From: Basidiobolus meristosporus CBS 931.73
Lineage: Eukaryota; Fungi; Basidiobolomycota
Assembly: GCA_002104905.1 (NCBI GenBank)
Contig: MCFE01000008.1
Span: 1-64,000, forward strand
Reading direction: 5' to 3'
DNA length: 64,000 bases
The translations under genes and the position numbers were made by a program. Of this stretch, positions 11,595 through 23,899 are shown piece after piece (within the stretch, counting starts at the first letter, position 1; every line of letters begins with the position of its first letter). A model generated the notes under the pieces. It did no database searches and was not told the origin of the DNA. It was given only the letters and a program-made list of their open reading frames with translations.

Positions 11595-14109
11595 GTTTAT
11601 GATTACCAGCATTGCTACATACTATGCATCACCTTGAACTCTATGCATATCTCTGATCAGCAGGACATGTCACTGACAGTGCATAGTGCTTGCCAAAATG
11701 TTTTGCAGTAGAAAGGAGGTGGCATGTATACTAAGAATTTGTCTAGATATTCCCTCTGTAGTATAAGATGAGAATATTCATTGATAGTATTGGCATGAAG
11801 ATTGTAATGATATGATACAGATTGGCCTTTTTTGGTAGTCCATTGTAGAATTTATTCTTAAACAAGTAGGTTTTTAACATGCTCAGCCAGCAGTGGAAGG
11901 TAATTTGGCAATAAGCCGAGTTTTAATTTGTTGAGTACAAGTATAGCATTAGTACTTTCAGTTCAATTTTGTAAATATGGTTGATTATTATATGTTTAGC
12001 ATCTCATCAAAAGAAATATGCAGTTTACAGCTACGGCTTTGAATATGCTATCATTCCAATATTCCCACTGTGGTAAAGATTTGGAAATAGCTTCCTTAAT
12101 GTGCAAAATACAGTCCAAGAAATTGACAAATTATTGAATCAAAATTAATGGAAAATTTGGTGCGAAACAAATGAATTGCGACAGAACTGAGATTAAAAAA
12201 GCGCTATCCCCATGTGGATTAACAACAATATTTTTTCCTTCAGGTATACCTTGCAGAAACAAAATATATAGCGTATTGGAAAAGATATTATAAAATGGTG
12301 TGCAAAGTCAGGACTTTTTTATCACTTCAGTGATTGAAGAAATCTGAAGTTGTGTTGGAAATTAATATAGGAAATATATCCAAATTACGAGATGCAGTAC
12401 TAATCATTTAACAGTCATCTCCACGCTACAACTTGCAGTTGGTCCATGTAGCCTGTAATTAGTGGTATTTATTAGCCGAGTAGCATACTAAATATAAGTG
12501 ATATAGAGTATGGGCAGCAACATCACGCAGCGGAGTTTCATAAGAACAATAGTCTAGATGTTATTCCAAGATTATGTGAAGTGTAACCCTAACTGAGCGC
12601 AGTTGAAAGGAAAACATAACGTGGTTATATGGCATATTCACTATTTGCAATGATCCTTCAAGTATCAGATTCTCTCCTTATCGATGTATTCGTTATTGTA
12701 ATGTAACATTAAGAAACAAGCTATGGCATTAGATAGATATAATGGATAGAAAAGTGAGAAAGCTTCTAATCGACTGAATGAAACTCTTGTAAGAAAGTTC
12801 ACTGGTAGAGTTTATTAAAAGACTCTGTGATACAAATAACTAAGCGCAAAACCTATGTCGGACATTAGCACTTGAGGTAGAAACCCATATGCCGAATGGA
12901 TTATTAGTGATGTCGGAAATGCTCTACTTGTTACATGATTCGCTAGACCCTTTGACTCCATCCCGCATCAAGTCTTCCAAGGAATTTTCTGACTAATTTC
13001 TCAGTTTGTACTTGATAAACAAATATGTAGCATATTATTATCTTGCTGTACCAGTTGGATGCGAAGCATATAATATTGCGTAAATTTAAGAAAATTTTCT
13101 ATGAATATTATTGAAGTAGGTATATACACGTACTCAACGAGATAAAGAAAGCTTATTGTATATTCCATACACAAGTACGCTTGGCCCATCAATACAAGTA
13201 GTTGTATGCAATGGCAAGCTTATTCACCATGTGTAGAACACCAAGTTATAAGCTACCGCATTTAAAGTATAATAGATGCTGACTGTCTATGGAGAAAATA
13301 GTGATCCTTTACCCATCAGAAGAAAAAACAAGTACTAATCTTAAGGGTGTATCATTACCAACTGTAGTGATTGGTTATCTTGATATGGCAGATAAGTGAT
13401 CGATGCTTTGACTGCAATACCAATCATAACCACTAAAGTAGGCTTAAGAATGACAAGCTCTCTACTACCACAGTTACACTCAGCTGCAACTTTACCTTGA
13501 CCATCAAATACTCACTTAAATAATATAAACCTTCAGGCAAAGTGATTGGCTAAAAGGCGATCATTGCCTATCAATCAAGTGTCAACAGCCGAATTTGCTA
13601 CATACTGCTTCATTGAAATAATAAAATATTATATACACTGTCTTGTGTAAATTAGCCAATTCGTCTGCACTACACCAATATAGTTTTATAATGATATTAT
13701 TCAACCAAAAAGGATAGTTAAATGGCGCTCAATGTGATGATACAAGGATAATAGGTTGGTGTATCACCCTATTGTGGGTTACACCAAGTCTATTCTTTTA
13801 CATTCAAGCATTTGATTCCACCACTTCATTGCTAGTGAGCATCAATAGGTACAAATACCATCGAAACCAATACTACTGGTGCATTGATTCCTTGACAAGA
13901 TGACGCTCAGATATATTAGATGTAGCAAAATCATGTACATAAGTTGTAGTAGTTGAATTCAGAAAATCCCTATCGTTGCCGAAAAATGTGAAATGTGAGT
14001 CACATATATTTAAGAGCAGTTACTAAAGAATTAGCATATTACACATCGCAGATCTTTCAAACATACATGAGATCAATATCAATCCAATAGATCGTGCGGC
14101 TCCAAGCCT

Positions 14110-14900
14110 TGGAGTCACTAGAACAGTTACTGTCATATGATCCATGACTTACTGATCTGTGGTCTAATCATCAATATCTGATTGATTTGAATCAGTTCAC
14201 TCACAACCTACATTCACTGTTGTCGCTATGCAGTATAACTCAGCCTCGCTGGTTAGATCTGACACCTACCGAATCAGTGGCTACTCGAGGTTGCAATCAG
14301 GGACATGAATCCGCCAAACCTCAATGAGCCTAGGCGAAAACGGATTGGCCTGTCTCGAGACGTCGGCTTGGCGCATTGAGCATTCCTTCGCATCAAGCAA
14401 ATAGTCACCCTCACCATTCATATCCTCATCCTCATCCTCGCCCTTACCCCTACCCTTACCCTCGCCCTCGCCCCAGCCTCATCCTTACCCTGATCATTGC
14501 TTTCACTCACCCCCTACCCTCGCCCTCGCCCCTCCCGACCTGTCCCTTCTTTCCATCCTTTTCAAGCCAACTTGCTAATCTCCCGATCTTCACTCCCACC
14601 ATTGGTGAGCCCTGACTAAGCTCTTTCCCTTCGTCCGAAAGGATTGGCCGCCCTGAGCAGATCTTCCCTCGCTCGACTCAGCACCGTGACCATACTCGGT
14701 AAGTGTCACTCATCAACCACACACACTCATCACCCCCACAACTTGTATCCGCCCGTACCCACTCAGATCTTTGTTGTTGCGGCCGCTCTTATCAGCAAGT
14801 ACACCCGCACCAGCTCTCCCACAACAATGATCTACATTTTAGTACCGCTACTGAGTGTGAATCTTACCATATTAAGCCATATTCAGTGGTGGATACACCC
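14110..14900 (+). repeat. Long inverted repeat, left arm (~790 bp)
   Basis: Reverse complement of 21194-21966 with only scattered substitutions outside a variable CC(T/C)(CAT/CGC/TAC) hexamer tract; the same small ORFs appear on both strands of the ORF track (14644+/21450-, 14376+/21700-). Confidence 0.95.
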
Positions 14901-16265
14901 TGAGCCGTTCTGCCAGTTGATCTTTGATCATTTTGTAGATCCCAATATTAACGCCAACTCATAAAGTCACCCCCCAATCCATTCTCTACCAATACCAATA
15001 TCAAGACACCAGAAACCCTACAGCTGATTCAGCCGCATCGGAAGTATCGTATCCGTTAGAGTCCTTTTATCGAAGTGAAGAACGTGAACTTTATGAAATT
15101 AAGTATTGCTACGAAGGCGGATGATTGAAATATACAAGCAAGTTTCAATCAGATTTAATCTAATACTAACCTCACGTTCATCAATGCTGCTCATCCTTAA
15201 TCGAGAACCCTCGAATTGCTGTTTGAATTTAGGAAAGTGGGGTTGATGGTGGTGGATACCGATAGATTGCTCATCCAATGAGATACATCCCGTATAATTC
15301 CCGATTGATTTGTGCCTCCAATTCTTTCCGAGTCTTCATGTAATAAGATTGTCACACAGAGGGTGAGGTAAGACAATAGCAGAATTATTCGATCAATCAT
15401 AAGCCTAAGTCCTCGCACTGATCGAATGTTCCAAATGCGAGTCAAGTGACCAATATAGTCTAGATTTGAGTTAATGTTGTGGGTGGCCTTGGTCCCATCC
15501 AGGGGTAATCAGTGAAGCCAGATATACCTGGATTTTACACTGTGAAATCGTGGAAAATCTAGAACTCGATTTACCTTCAAGCCATCCATCGCTAAAGCGG
15601 CTTCGGATAAATCCGCTAAAGAAAGCGTCTTGTGTGAAAGAGTCTTGAGCATCGTTCTTTTCTCACCTAGACTGTCCACACCGATCACGGAATCGGGCCT
15701 AGCTTACAAATCTAGCAATGGCGACATCGTTTGTTGAGCCGAATCCGTAACTAAATATAGGAGATGCACTCCAATTTCTCATCCAGAGCGCTCAATGTTG
15801 ACCATAGCCTAATCAGAGGGGCTTTGCCAAGAACGTGTACCAATCAATTCTGCAGATGGTCTAAGTAATCCCGAGTCGCCATCTCAGCTCTATCGACAGT
15901 TTTAGATTTCACATCGCTCCTCTCTGTTGACTCTTTAACCTAGTCCCCATAAAGTAACTTCTTGATAGGTACACCCAAAAATAACTTATCATCGAGTAGT
16001 GAGAACCAATGGTAGGCACCATTGCAATTATGGCCAATGGGAGCAGGATGACTCACAATAGAAAATACAGGGAATAATTCTTGTTGAATGGATGTTTAAT
16101 GTGAATAAATACATATGTACATTACAAAATATTGGATCTGAAGATGCGTCCAACCAAATGATTCGGCTGACATAGCAGATAAATCACCAAGACGCCCAGG
16201 TGTGCTATTGTACAATTTACTGGTTTCTATGAGGGTTCCTCGATGAAATAGCTACCAAGCTTGCT

Positions 16266-16706
16266 CTAATTGAGCAAGAAATTGAGCTCCATTCGAGACT
16301 CCAGACGGGGTGAGATGAGCACCGTGTCGTTGACCAGGTTCTTGATGCACATGGGCGATTGGGAGAAGGCTTGCTTTCTGTAATCTGGAATGGTGTAGTC
16401 AGGGACCAGATGGTCGGCCACTGTCTGAAGTGAGTCCTCAGAAGTGGCTGATCCACAATCACTCTCGGGTGATCCAGTTCTTGGCGCAAGCTCAGCGTGT
16501 TTGGAGTTCAGGTGTCGTAGGAGCTGATCGCTACGAGTAAATCCTTTGCCACAGTTGGTATGTGGGCAAGGGTGAGGATATTCACCAGTGTGTGTGCGGA
16601 AGTGACGCATGTAGTTATCTTTACGATTGAAGGACTTCTGGCACACTGAGCAGGTGATTTGAATTGGCTTTCTGCGGTAGGTGGTACGAGTAGCTGTGGC
16701 TTTCAT
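16266..16706 (-). CDS. Two-finger C2H2 zinc-finger transcription factor, paralog ZF3
   Basis: CSVC..FNRKDNYMRHFRTH-TGEYPH-CPHTNC..FTRSDQLLRHLNSKH; GSPESD..SEDSLQTV; PMCIKNLVN and terminal RMELNFLLN; TATAAAT ~60 bp upstream. Confidence 0.92.
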   Translation of the reverse strand: MKATATRTTYRRKPIQITCSVCQKSFNRKDNYMRHFRTHTGEYPHPCPHTNCGKGFTRSDQLLRHLNSKHAELAPRTGSPESDCGSATSEDSLQTVADHLVPDYTIPDYRKQAFSQSPMCIKNLVNDTVLISPRLESRMELNFLLN

Positions 16707-19700
16707 GGTGAAGGAATATTAAGAACTACTAAGATTGAATGCCAGTAGAGGGATGATGCCTCCCCTATTTATATTTCTCAGGAGGGCTCTGACACAGGCC
16801 AAGCATTTTTTGATTTGTCCATTCGAATGTTCCACCGCGATCAACTGAATTATGCAAGATACCCCAATGATCGAGTACAGAAAATCCGTACTTCATTGTT
16901 CCCAATTTGTGACTAACCTGCAACCTCACCATCCCTGTTCCGGCCCTCATTCCATGTTGGCTGTGAACTTGATTATTCGGAGAATCGTTTTACTTTGGGC
17001 CATATGACCAAGTCACTTGATCCCCAACACAAAACCAACCTCAGTAACGGCTGTGTAACAAGCTAAAATTCGATTGTTGATATCTATGCTATTGCACCAA
17101 GAACCCATTTGGAGGATTAGGAGGATTATCATCCAAGCTGGAACAAATCAAACGTTTCACCGATTTACCAGCGAAATTGTCACTCCACTGGGATCTCTGG
17201 TGCACAGAGAAGAAGGGTGGATAATGATCTCCGAAGGAATACTCGCTCCTTCCATTTACATCAAGACAAGTTCAACCTCATCAGAAGCTACAGATTAACA
17301 TCGACTGAACCTTTCGTAGGAATGATCCCGGATCGGAACGATCACGATATATCTAGGATGTAGATGAAATCTCACAATATCACTTATCTTTCGATCAGCT
17401 TCCTTCATCCACGTGTAGGGACATTGGCCCAAATCCACTCCTGATTATCCATACTTGTCCGGTACATCGGTGCGGAAGAGGGCGATGGGATGGAATGTGG
17501 CTTAACTGCTGGCATTAGTACAAAATTATCTAGCATCAGGATGGTGTAAGCGAGATTACGCTCGAAGGCGAATCGTTCCATAGAATGAAACCCATCTGCA
17601 GTGCAACGTCAAAACCGGGAATGGAGAAAATGTGGCTTATTGTATATGGGAGTGATTCGCATGCCAAATATAGGCAGAATCCTCACCACAAGCTGGCATA
17701 TTCCATCTATAATCGATATGGACCTTTTTGGCTATCGAAAGCCATCCGTTTCATCGCCTTAATTATCTGGCTACTTGGTATTCGTGAAATGGAGTTGGGA
17801 GCCTTTTTAGATGGTAGGAGGGAAGACGGTCGATACATGAGATCGAATCAATCTAGATGGATTTCGCCATCAATATACCACTCCTTTCAGTTGCGCTTAC
17901 TTTTTTAGCCGCCATATACGCAGACGAAGTTTCTATCAACGCTGGAGGAGGCGAAAGTAAGAATGTCCATTCGTGAATCGCTACGATCAGCCGTCAACCA
18001 ATTAGAAGGAGACCGTTGCTCTCGACTTTTCGGATAAATTCCAAATGGCAGTTACGAATCTGTCCAAAATAGTCCCTACTCCCATTATTGTACAAAGCAA
18101 GAGTGGCGAGGCTATTGGGCCGTTTGTACAGAGTCAATCCGAAGTGCTGAATAGGTATATATATCAATTGAAGGTGCTATATCAAGGTTAGTCCTAAGAC
18201 AACTTATTATTGGGGATTCACAAATTTATTTATTTGGATATACGATAGGGAGAATGGCCGAATATAAATCATCTAAATTTGGATGATAGATTACTTTCGG
18301 TGCACGTATTCTAGAATGAGAGGTTTCAATTTCATTCTAATATATATATAAACTCCATCTTTGACGGAGGTAGAATAACTTCATTGATCCTCGGATGGGA
18401 TGTCATTTTGCTAGCTAAGTTTGCTTGCAGAATGGATAGACGACATTAGCATGGAATGAGTTCGTGGGAAATCTGTTCAGAGAGGTTCTCCTCGGTACAT
18501 TGCACTTGCTTACGAGTTGTGTCACTTCGTGGATAGGTACCAACGGGAAGCGAGTGCCACCCATCATGGTTCCAGGGAATATCATAGCATCAGATTTGGA
18601 TTAGTGGGGAAGACTTACCAGTACATCCGTTCTTAGAAACAATTTCCTAGGCAATTTATGTATTGGATATCCCAATAAAGTGGTGGAGCGTTCCACACCG
18701 ATCAGAATGTTCATAATTTATCCAATAGAAGATAAGCTTCTCCATTAAGAATCTCCTCAGTGTATTTATTAACAATCAATCACCCATAGCATTCAATACC
18801 GAATCGGCACCATGCCTGGACGCAACAAATGAACTCCGCACAGCTGACCCCTAATCCAAGTGACACAGAGCTTGGCGACAGGAACATGATTGAATAAGAG
18901 GGTCATCCTTCTTAAGTACTAATATTTATACAACTAGATGGGGTATGTATGAATTCGTAAGCATGGTTTGAAATTCTGGATGCCGGTCCTGTTCCTGCTC
19001 ATTTGAGGTGCAGCACTTGACCATATTGCTGTTATGAGTTTGCGTACATCAGACTCGGTTGTCGTAACGTGTTTGAAAACCTGTAATGTCACTGCAATGG
19101 ATCTACTCCCCAAGCGGTGGAGTGCTTTCGTTGTCACCAAGCCAGCGGGATTATATCCATATATGCAGCCAAGGTCAATATAGGAAACTATACGAGCAGG
19201 GGCATTTCAAATAGACTTCCTCGAATAATCCCATGGTTGGAGAGGCTTAGTACTTGACAGTTCCAATGAGAGTCTTGGTGAATTGTGTGCTCTTTTCAAG
19301 CCAGTCAAATGTCTGTAGAGATACGGCCTAGGCCTGTAAGTATGAGACATTAAAATTAATCCGATGATTGGTTTGTGTGTCCTCACGTGCTCCAGCCAAT
19401 CTCCTGTGAACTCAATAATGAAGTGTTACAAGAGAAAATGTAGTTCTGGTAAGGAAACGTTTGAAACTAGGTTTCCCAGCTCATTCACCTTTGATAACAT
19501 ACCACTTCCTGACCAAAGTTCTGGGCCCTGTTACACCTCATCAGACTTGGGCAGAAACAACCACAGTTACTCCGCTCTTAGACTTGAATTGATATAAATG
19601 CAGCATATGGATACATATGTAGTGAGTGAATTGTGGTGTTTAAGGAGTAGAGCCGAGAGCTTGGTATTCAACATTTTCCTGGTAACGCAGTTTTTGCTCG

Positions 19701-20073
19701 ACTGAAACAAAGCAGCAACTAACACAGGTAGGTGTACAAGTGGCTTTGAATAGGCTGGGATCAAGGCGATATAGTTCCTCCCAAGTGATATGTATCAATG
19801 ATTTGGCGTTCGCCCGTAAATAGTAATATTTCTAATCAACATCTGTTGAGATTATTAGTCAGCAGCGCTTAGCGGTTAGAAACAGCGACCACCTCCACAT
19901 ATGGCGAACTAAGAATCATTTAGCACCATGATGTGGCTTTTGCAAGAGCGCGGGTTCTAGTGACATTGCTTCGTGTTTATTTTGAAAGCAGAGTGGTGTG
20001 CATATTTACAAGTAATTGATGTTCAATAAATAGAAAATTGTCCATTGGTAAAGCTCTAATGGCAGCAAGTACC

Positions 20074-20484
20074 CTAATTCAGAAGAAAGTCCAGACTCAT
20101 GCGGGTGCTTTTTCCTCCTGCAGAAGAAAAGTGCTGCTTCGAGATGCTACCCATTCTGAGTATCCTGGATGTAAGGTCTGGGAAACATCCGTACGCACGA
20201 ACGGTTTGAAGAGAATCCTCTGAGCAAGAGGAGGTGAAACTATCCGGAGATCCGTTTCTCATGAGAGTTTCGTTATGCTTGGAGGCGATGTGTCTAACGA
20301 GTTGATCACTTCGTGTGAATCCTTTTTTACAGTTGGGATGAGGACATTGATGAGGTAGCTCTCCGGTATGAGAGCGGAAATGTCTCAAGAAATTGTCTTT
20401 GCGATTGAAAGTCTTTGTGCAGAGTGAGCAATTTATTGTGATGGACTTTCTGCGGGAGGCACTGTTGGGTGTGGCGATTTTCAT
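20074..20484 (-). CDS. Two-finger C2H2 zinc-finger transcription factor, paralog ZF4
   Basis: CSLC..FNRKDNFLRHFRSH-TGELPH-CPHPNC..FTRSDQLVRHIASKH; GSPDS..SEDSLQTV; ends RMSLDFLLN; TATAAAT ~50 bp upstream. Confidence 0.92.
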   Translation of the reverse strand: MKIATPNSASRRKSITINCSLCTKTFNRKDNFLRHFRSHTGELPHQCPHPNCKKGFTRSDQLVRHIASKHNETLMRNGSPDSFTSSCSEDSLQTVRAYGCFPDLTSRILRMGSISKQHFSSAGGKSTRMSLDFLLN

Positions 20485-21193
20485 TGTGCTGATGATTTGG
20501 ATTGTGAGTTAATGGAAGTGCGAGTTTTAGGAATATTTATACAATCCGCGAGTAACTCGAGGGATCCCGAGTAAATATTTCTAGAATGCATTATATTGGA
20601 AGGTTCATGTCTCATCTTACCATCCTTAGGAATTAACTTCAGAAGTTTATGCATGAGTGAGACATAGACTATTCAGTAAACCACTACCATTCATTAATTG
20701 GACGCCATTAAAGACATCTTTTAATACTCTGCTCATATTCTTGGCCCGCATGAAGCTTCCTCAGATTTGTAGATCCAATCCGTGATGATTTTGAAACTTC
20801 AAGCCTTAGCGGCACTATTCACCAGAGGGAGCATCAATGGCCAAGTACAATATGCTGGTTGATTGGTAAAGATAGCACCATTCATCCAAACCCGCGATCG
20901 CTATTTTCTACCACTCCATCTCTGTTGCCCCTGTCCGTATCTGAATCTCAAACCGAGCCTGATATACGCCCAACTTGCTGTAACTGGTTGTTGTTGTTGA
21001 GCTAACTCAGTTCGTGAAGTACTGAAACGGGGATACCAAGGAGATTATAATTGAAAAAGATGTATTGAATTATAGCTTCGCCACCAAAAATATGATAACC
21101 CAACATCCCTGCCCTTCCTAACAAGCTTGTTCACGGAAGCCAAGAGAACAGGACCTGTACGAAAAATCTACTACCAGAAAAGATTCTACCTCC

Positions 21194-21966
21194 GGGTGTA
21201 TCCACCACTGAATATGGCTTAATATGGTAAGATTCACACTCAGTAGCGGTACTAAAATGTAGATCATTGTTGTGGGAGAGCTGGTGCGGGTGTACTTGCT
21301 GATAAGAGCGGCCGCAACAACAAAGATCTGAGTGGGTACGGGCGGATACAAGTTGTGGGGGTGATGAGTGTGTGTGGTTGATGAGTGACACTTACCGAGT
21401 ATGGTCACGGTGCTGAGTCGAGCGAGGGAAGATCTGCTCAGGGCGGCCAATCCTTTCGGACGAAGGGAAAGAGCTTAGTCAGGGCTCACCAATGGTGGGA
21501 GTGAAGATCGGGAGATTAGCAAGTTGGCTTGAAAAGGATGGAAAGAAGGGACGAGTCGGGTCGGGAGGGGCGAGGGCGAGGGTAGGGGGTGAGTGAAAGC
21601 AATGATCAGGGTAAGGGCAGGGGTAAGGGCGAGGATGAGGGTGAGGATGAGAATATGAATGGTGAGGGTGACTATTTGCTTGATGCGAAGGAATGCTCAA
21701 TGCGCCAAGCCGACGTCTCGAGACAGGCCAATCCGTTTTGGCCTAGGCTCATTGAGGTTTGGCGGATTCATGTCCCTGATTGCAACCTCGAGTAGCCACT
21801 GATTCGGTGGGTGTCAGATCTAACCAGCGAGGCTGAGTTATACTGCATAGCGACAACAGTGAATGTAGGTTGTGAGTGAACTGATTCAAATCAATCAGAT
21901 ATTGATGATTAGACCACAGATCAGTAAGTCATGGATCATATGACAGTAACTGTTCAAGGGACTCCA
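21194..21966 (-). repeat. Long inverted repeat, right arm (~770 bp)
   Basis: Reverse complement of 14110-14900; shorter hexamer tract and a small duplication (ccgac) relative to the left arm. Confidence 0.95.
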
Positions 21967-23899
21967 TATCTGTAAGGCTGTTACTGGCTTTGATGCGACC
22001 ATATGTTATGGCGGTCATCCCACGCTCTCTTCATCTCCAACACGCTCTCATACACATGGAGACATATGAATCATTGTTGGAGTGTCTATTCTGAAGTGAT
22101 TAAAGGCCTAGTGCCTTGACTGTTTATGTACTTCGGCTAGACGCCATTATATAAGATGGACTGAATGATTCTTAGCGCTATTGGCTTCCATCTGAGTCAA
22201 TGTTGTTGGAAGATCAGCTCAACAAGCATAGGAAATCGAACACCCTACTAATCCTAGCAAGCACTGTGGTACACTATATATGAAGTACTGATAAACTAAC
22301 TGGCAAATATTTGTAAATATCAAGGTACAAGCTATTATATCGTATTTACCAGGCGTCCTATGATAAACCACTTTGTCGTTGATGACTAGGGCACCTATCA
22401 TATGGTGCCTATTTATATCCAGTTTCTGACAAATATCTCGTGCTCAACACTCGATGCATAGTTGCAACATTCGCGATGAGCGTGCTGTTTACTCTAGGCA
22501 CTAAATCCTGAAAACCAATATCCCCAAATTTTGCGAGAATTTGCGGACTAGCTTTCATATTTTATTGAGTAACTTTAACCATTATCGGTGTCGAGGCCAA
22601 GCATAAGGAAATGTTGTATTTCACTAAATTACTAATCAATTTGCTCCCAAGCTTGCTTATACCCCCGTCATCATTTGTTACTTTCCCATGTCAGGTCCAT
22701 TTATGGAATTCTACCTAATGAAGAAATACCGATATTGGTAAGAACTGTCAAACTCCATATATATTTTGAGAAATGTACAAAATTGGAACCATGTAAAAAC
22801 GGAAATATACTATAAAAGTGAATCACATGCTCATGGTATATATATCTCGACAGCAGGAGGTTTCCATAATCAAATCGATTTCAAATATTATCAAACGATA
22901 AGACCCCCCACTCCCTCACTGAATGTCCTCTTAAAATATAAAGTCTTGATTAGGCAAAATTACAAAGAAAACAGAAGGTAGGACTGATCGTCTATTTATT
23001 TAACGGGATGCTACACTCAACACTCAATGGTGGTAGCTATATACACAAATGTGATTCACCCAATGGCACTATGTACACGGAGGAGGTTCACTCACTTGCC
23101 ATTGTCAAGATGATTTGCAGCCGAGTATCCAATTTGTCTTGGCCTCGAATGGTGAAATAGCACATGTTGATGATAAAGGTGAATACGTGATCTGAAAAAA
23201 AAAGAATTAAACAAGTATACTAGTAATGCATTCGATCGGTCAGTACATAACTTGGTGATTCCGTTATCTCTCACCCAAATACGGGTAACCGGCCTGGCAA
23301 AAGTAATTCTGGTTAATCTATGAAAGAGCAAGTCAGTATCCTCCCTTCGATCGGTAAGTCTCATTCCTACACAACTCCCAGGGTTCTGGCTACTATACCC
23401 GTCAGCCATATAGAACTAAGCACTCACCCTCACCGAACGACTCATGCAAATGATCACTGACGCTGAAAGCTAGCTAGTATTCGATCATATGTACGTTAGA
23501 ATGAAATTGCTGTGCATACATATACATACTTATACAGGTTAAGGTTAAGGTTTTATCAATTTATGGCTGAGGGTAGCAAAATACCGCACTTTCTCCTAGA
23601 ATGTGTCATCACCTTCAGTTTTATGAATGTGCCACAACAATTAAATCCCATATATTCTATTGGGAGGATACGTTGGATTTATTTTACTATGAGGTTCAGA
23701 GTTTCATAATATACACGTAGGGTACAGTCAGATTTATTCAGATAGTATGTACAGGTAGGAGCTCTGTCTGTAAAGCCAGTATGATTTCAATTCCGGACGC
23801 CAGCATTGAACGGTATCCTGATTGCATACTCGGTGATTATTTGAGCAGATGTTCCTGGCGGGAGACTAGGGTATGAACAGCAAGGTCCGAGTTCTTTGT

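Noticed and set aside
11600-14100. AT-rich ORF-poor tract, possibly older TE relics
   Set aside because: No transposase, RT or LTR motif could be recognised by eye; needs a RepeatMasker or tBLASTn search.
14376-14964. Small ORFs within the repeat arms (MSIPSHQ.., MAALSRS.., MSLINH..)
   Set aside because: Low complexity, indels between arms alter them, and there is no recognisable domain.
16750-19950. Short ORFs between ZF3 and ZF4 (possible pseudogene or sixth ZF copy)
   Set aside because: No C2H2 pattern or FLLN tail found; fragments have many stops and no recognisable family.
14110-21966. Inverted repeats as TIRs of a Mutator/Foldback, Polinton or DIRS element
   Set aside because: No TSD, no diagnostic termini, and no transposase, polymerase, RT or tyrosine recombinase coding in between; kept only as an unexplained repeat pair.
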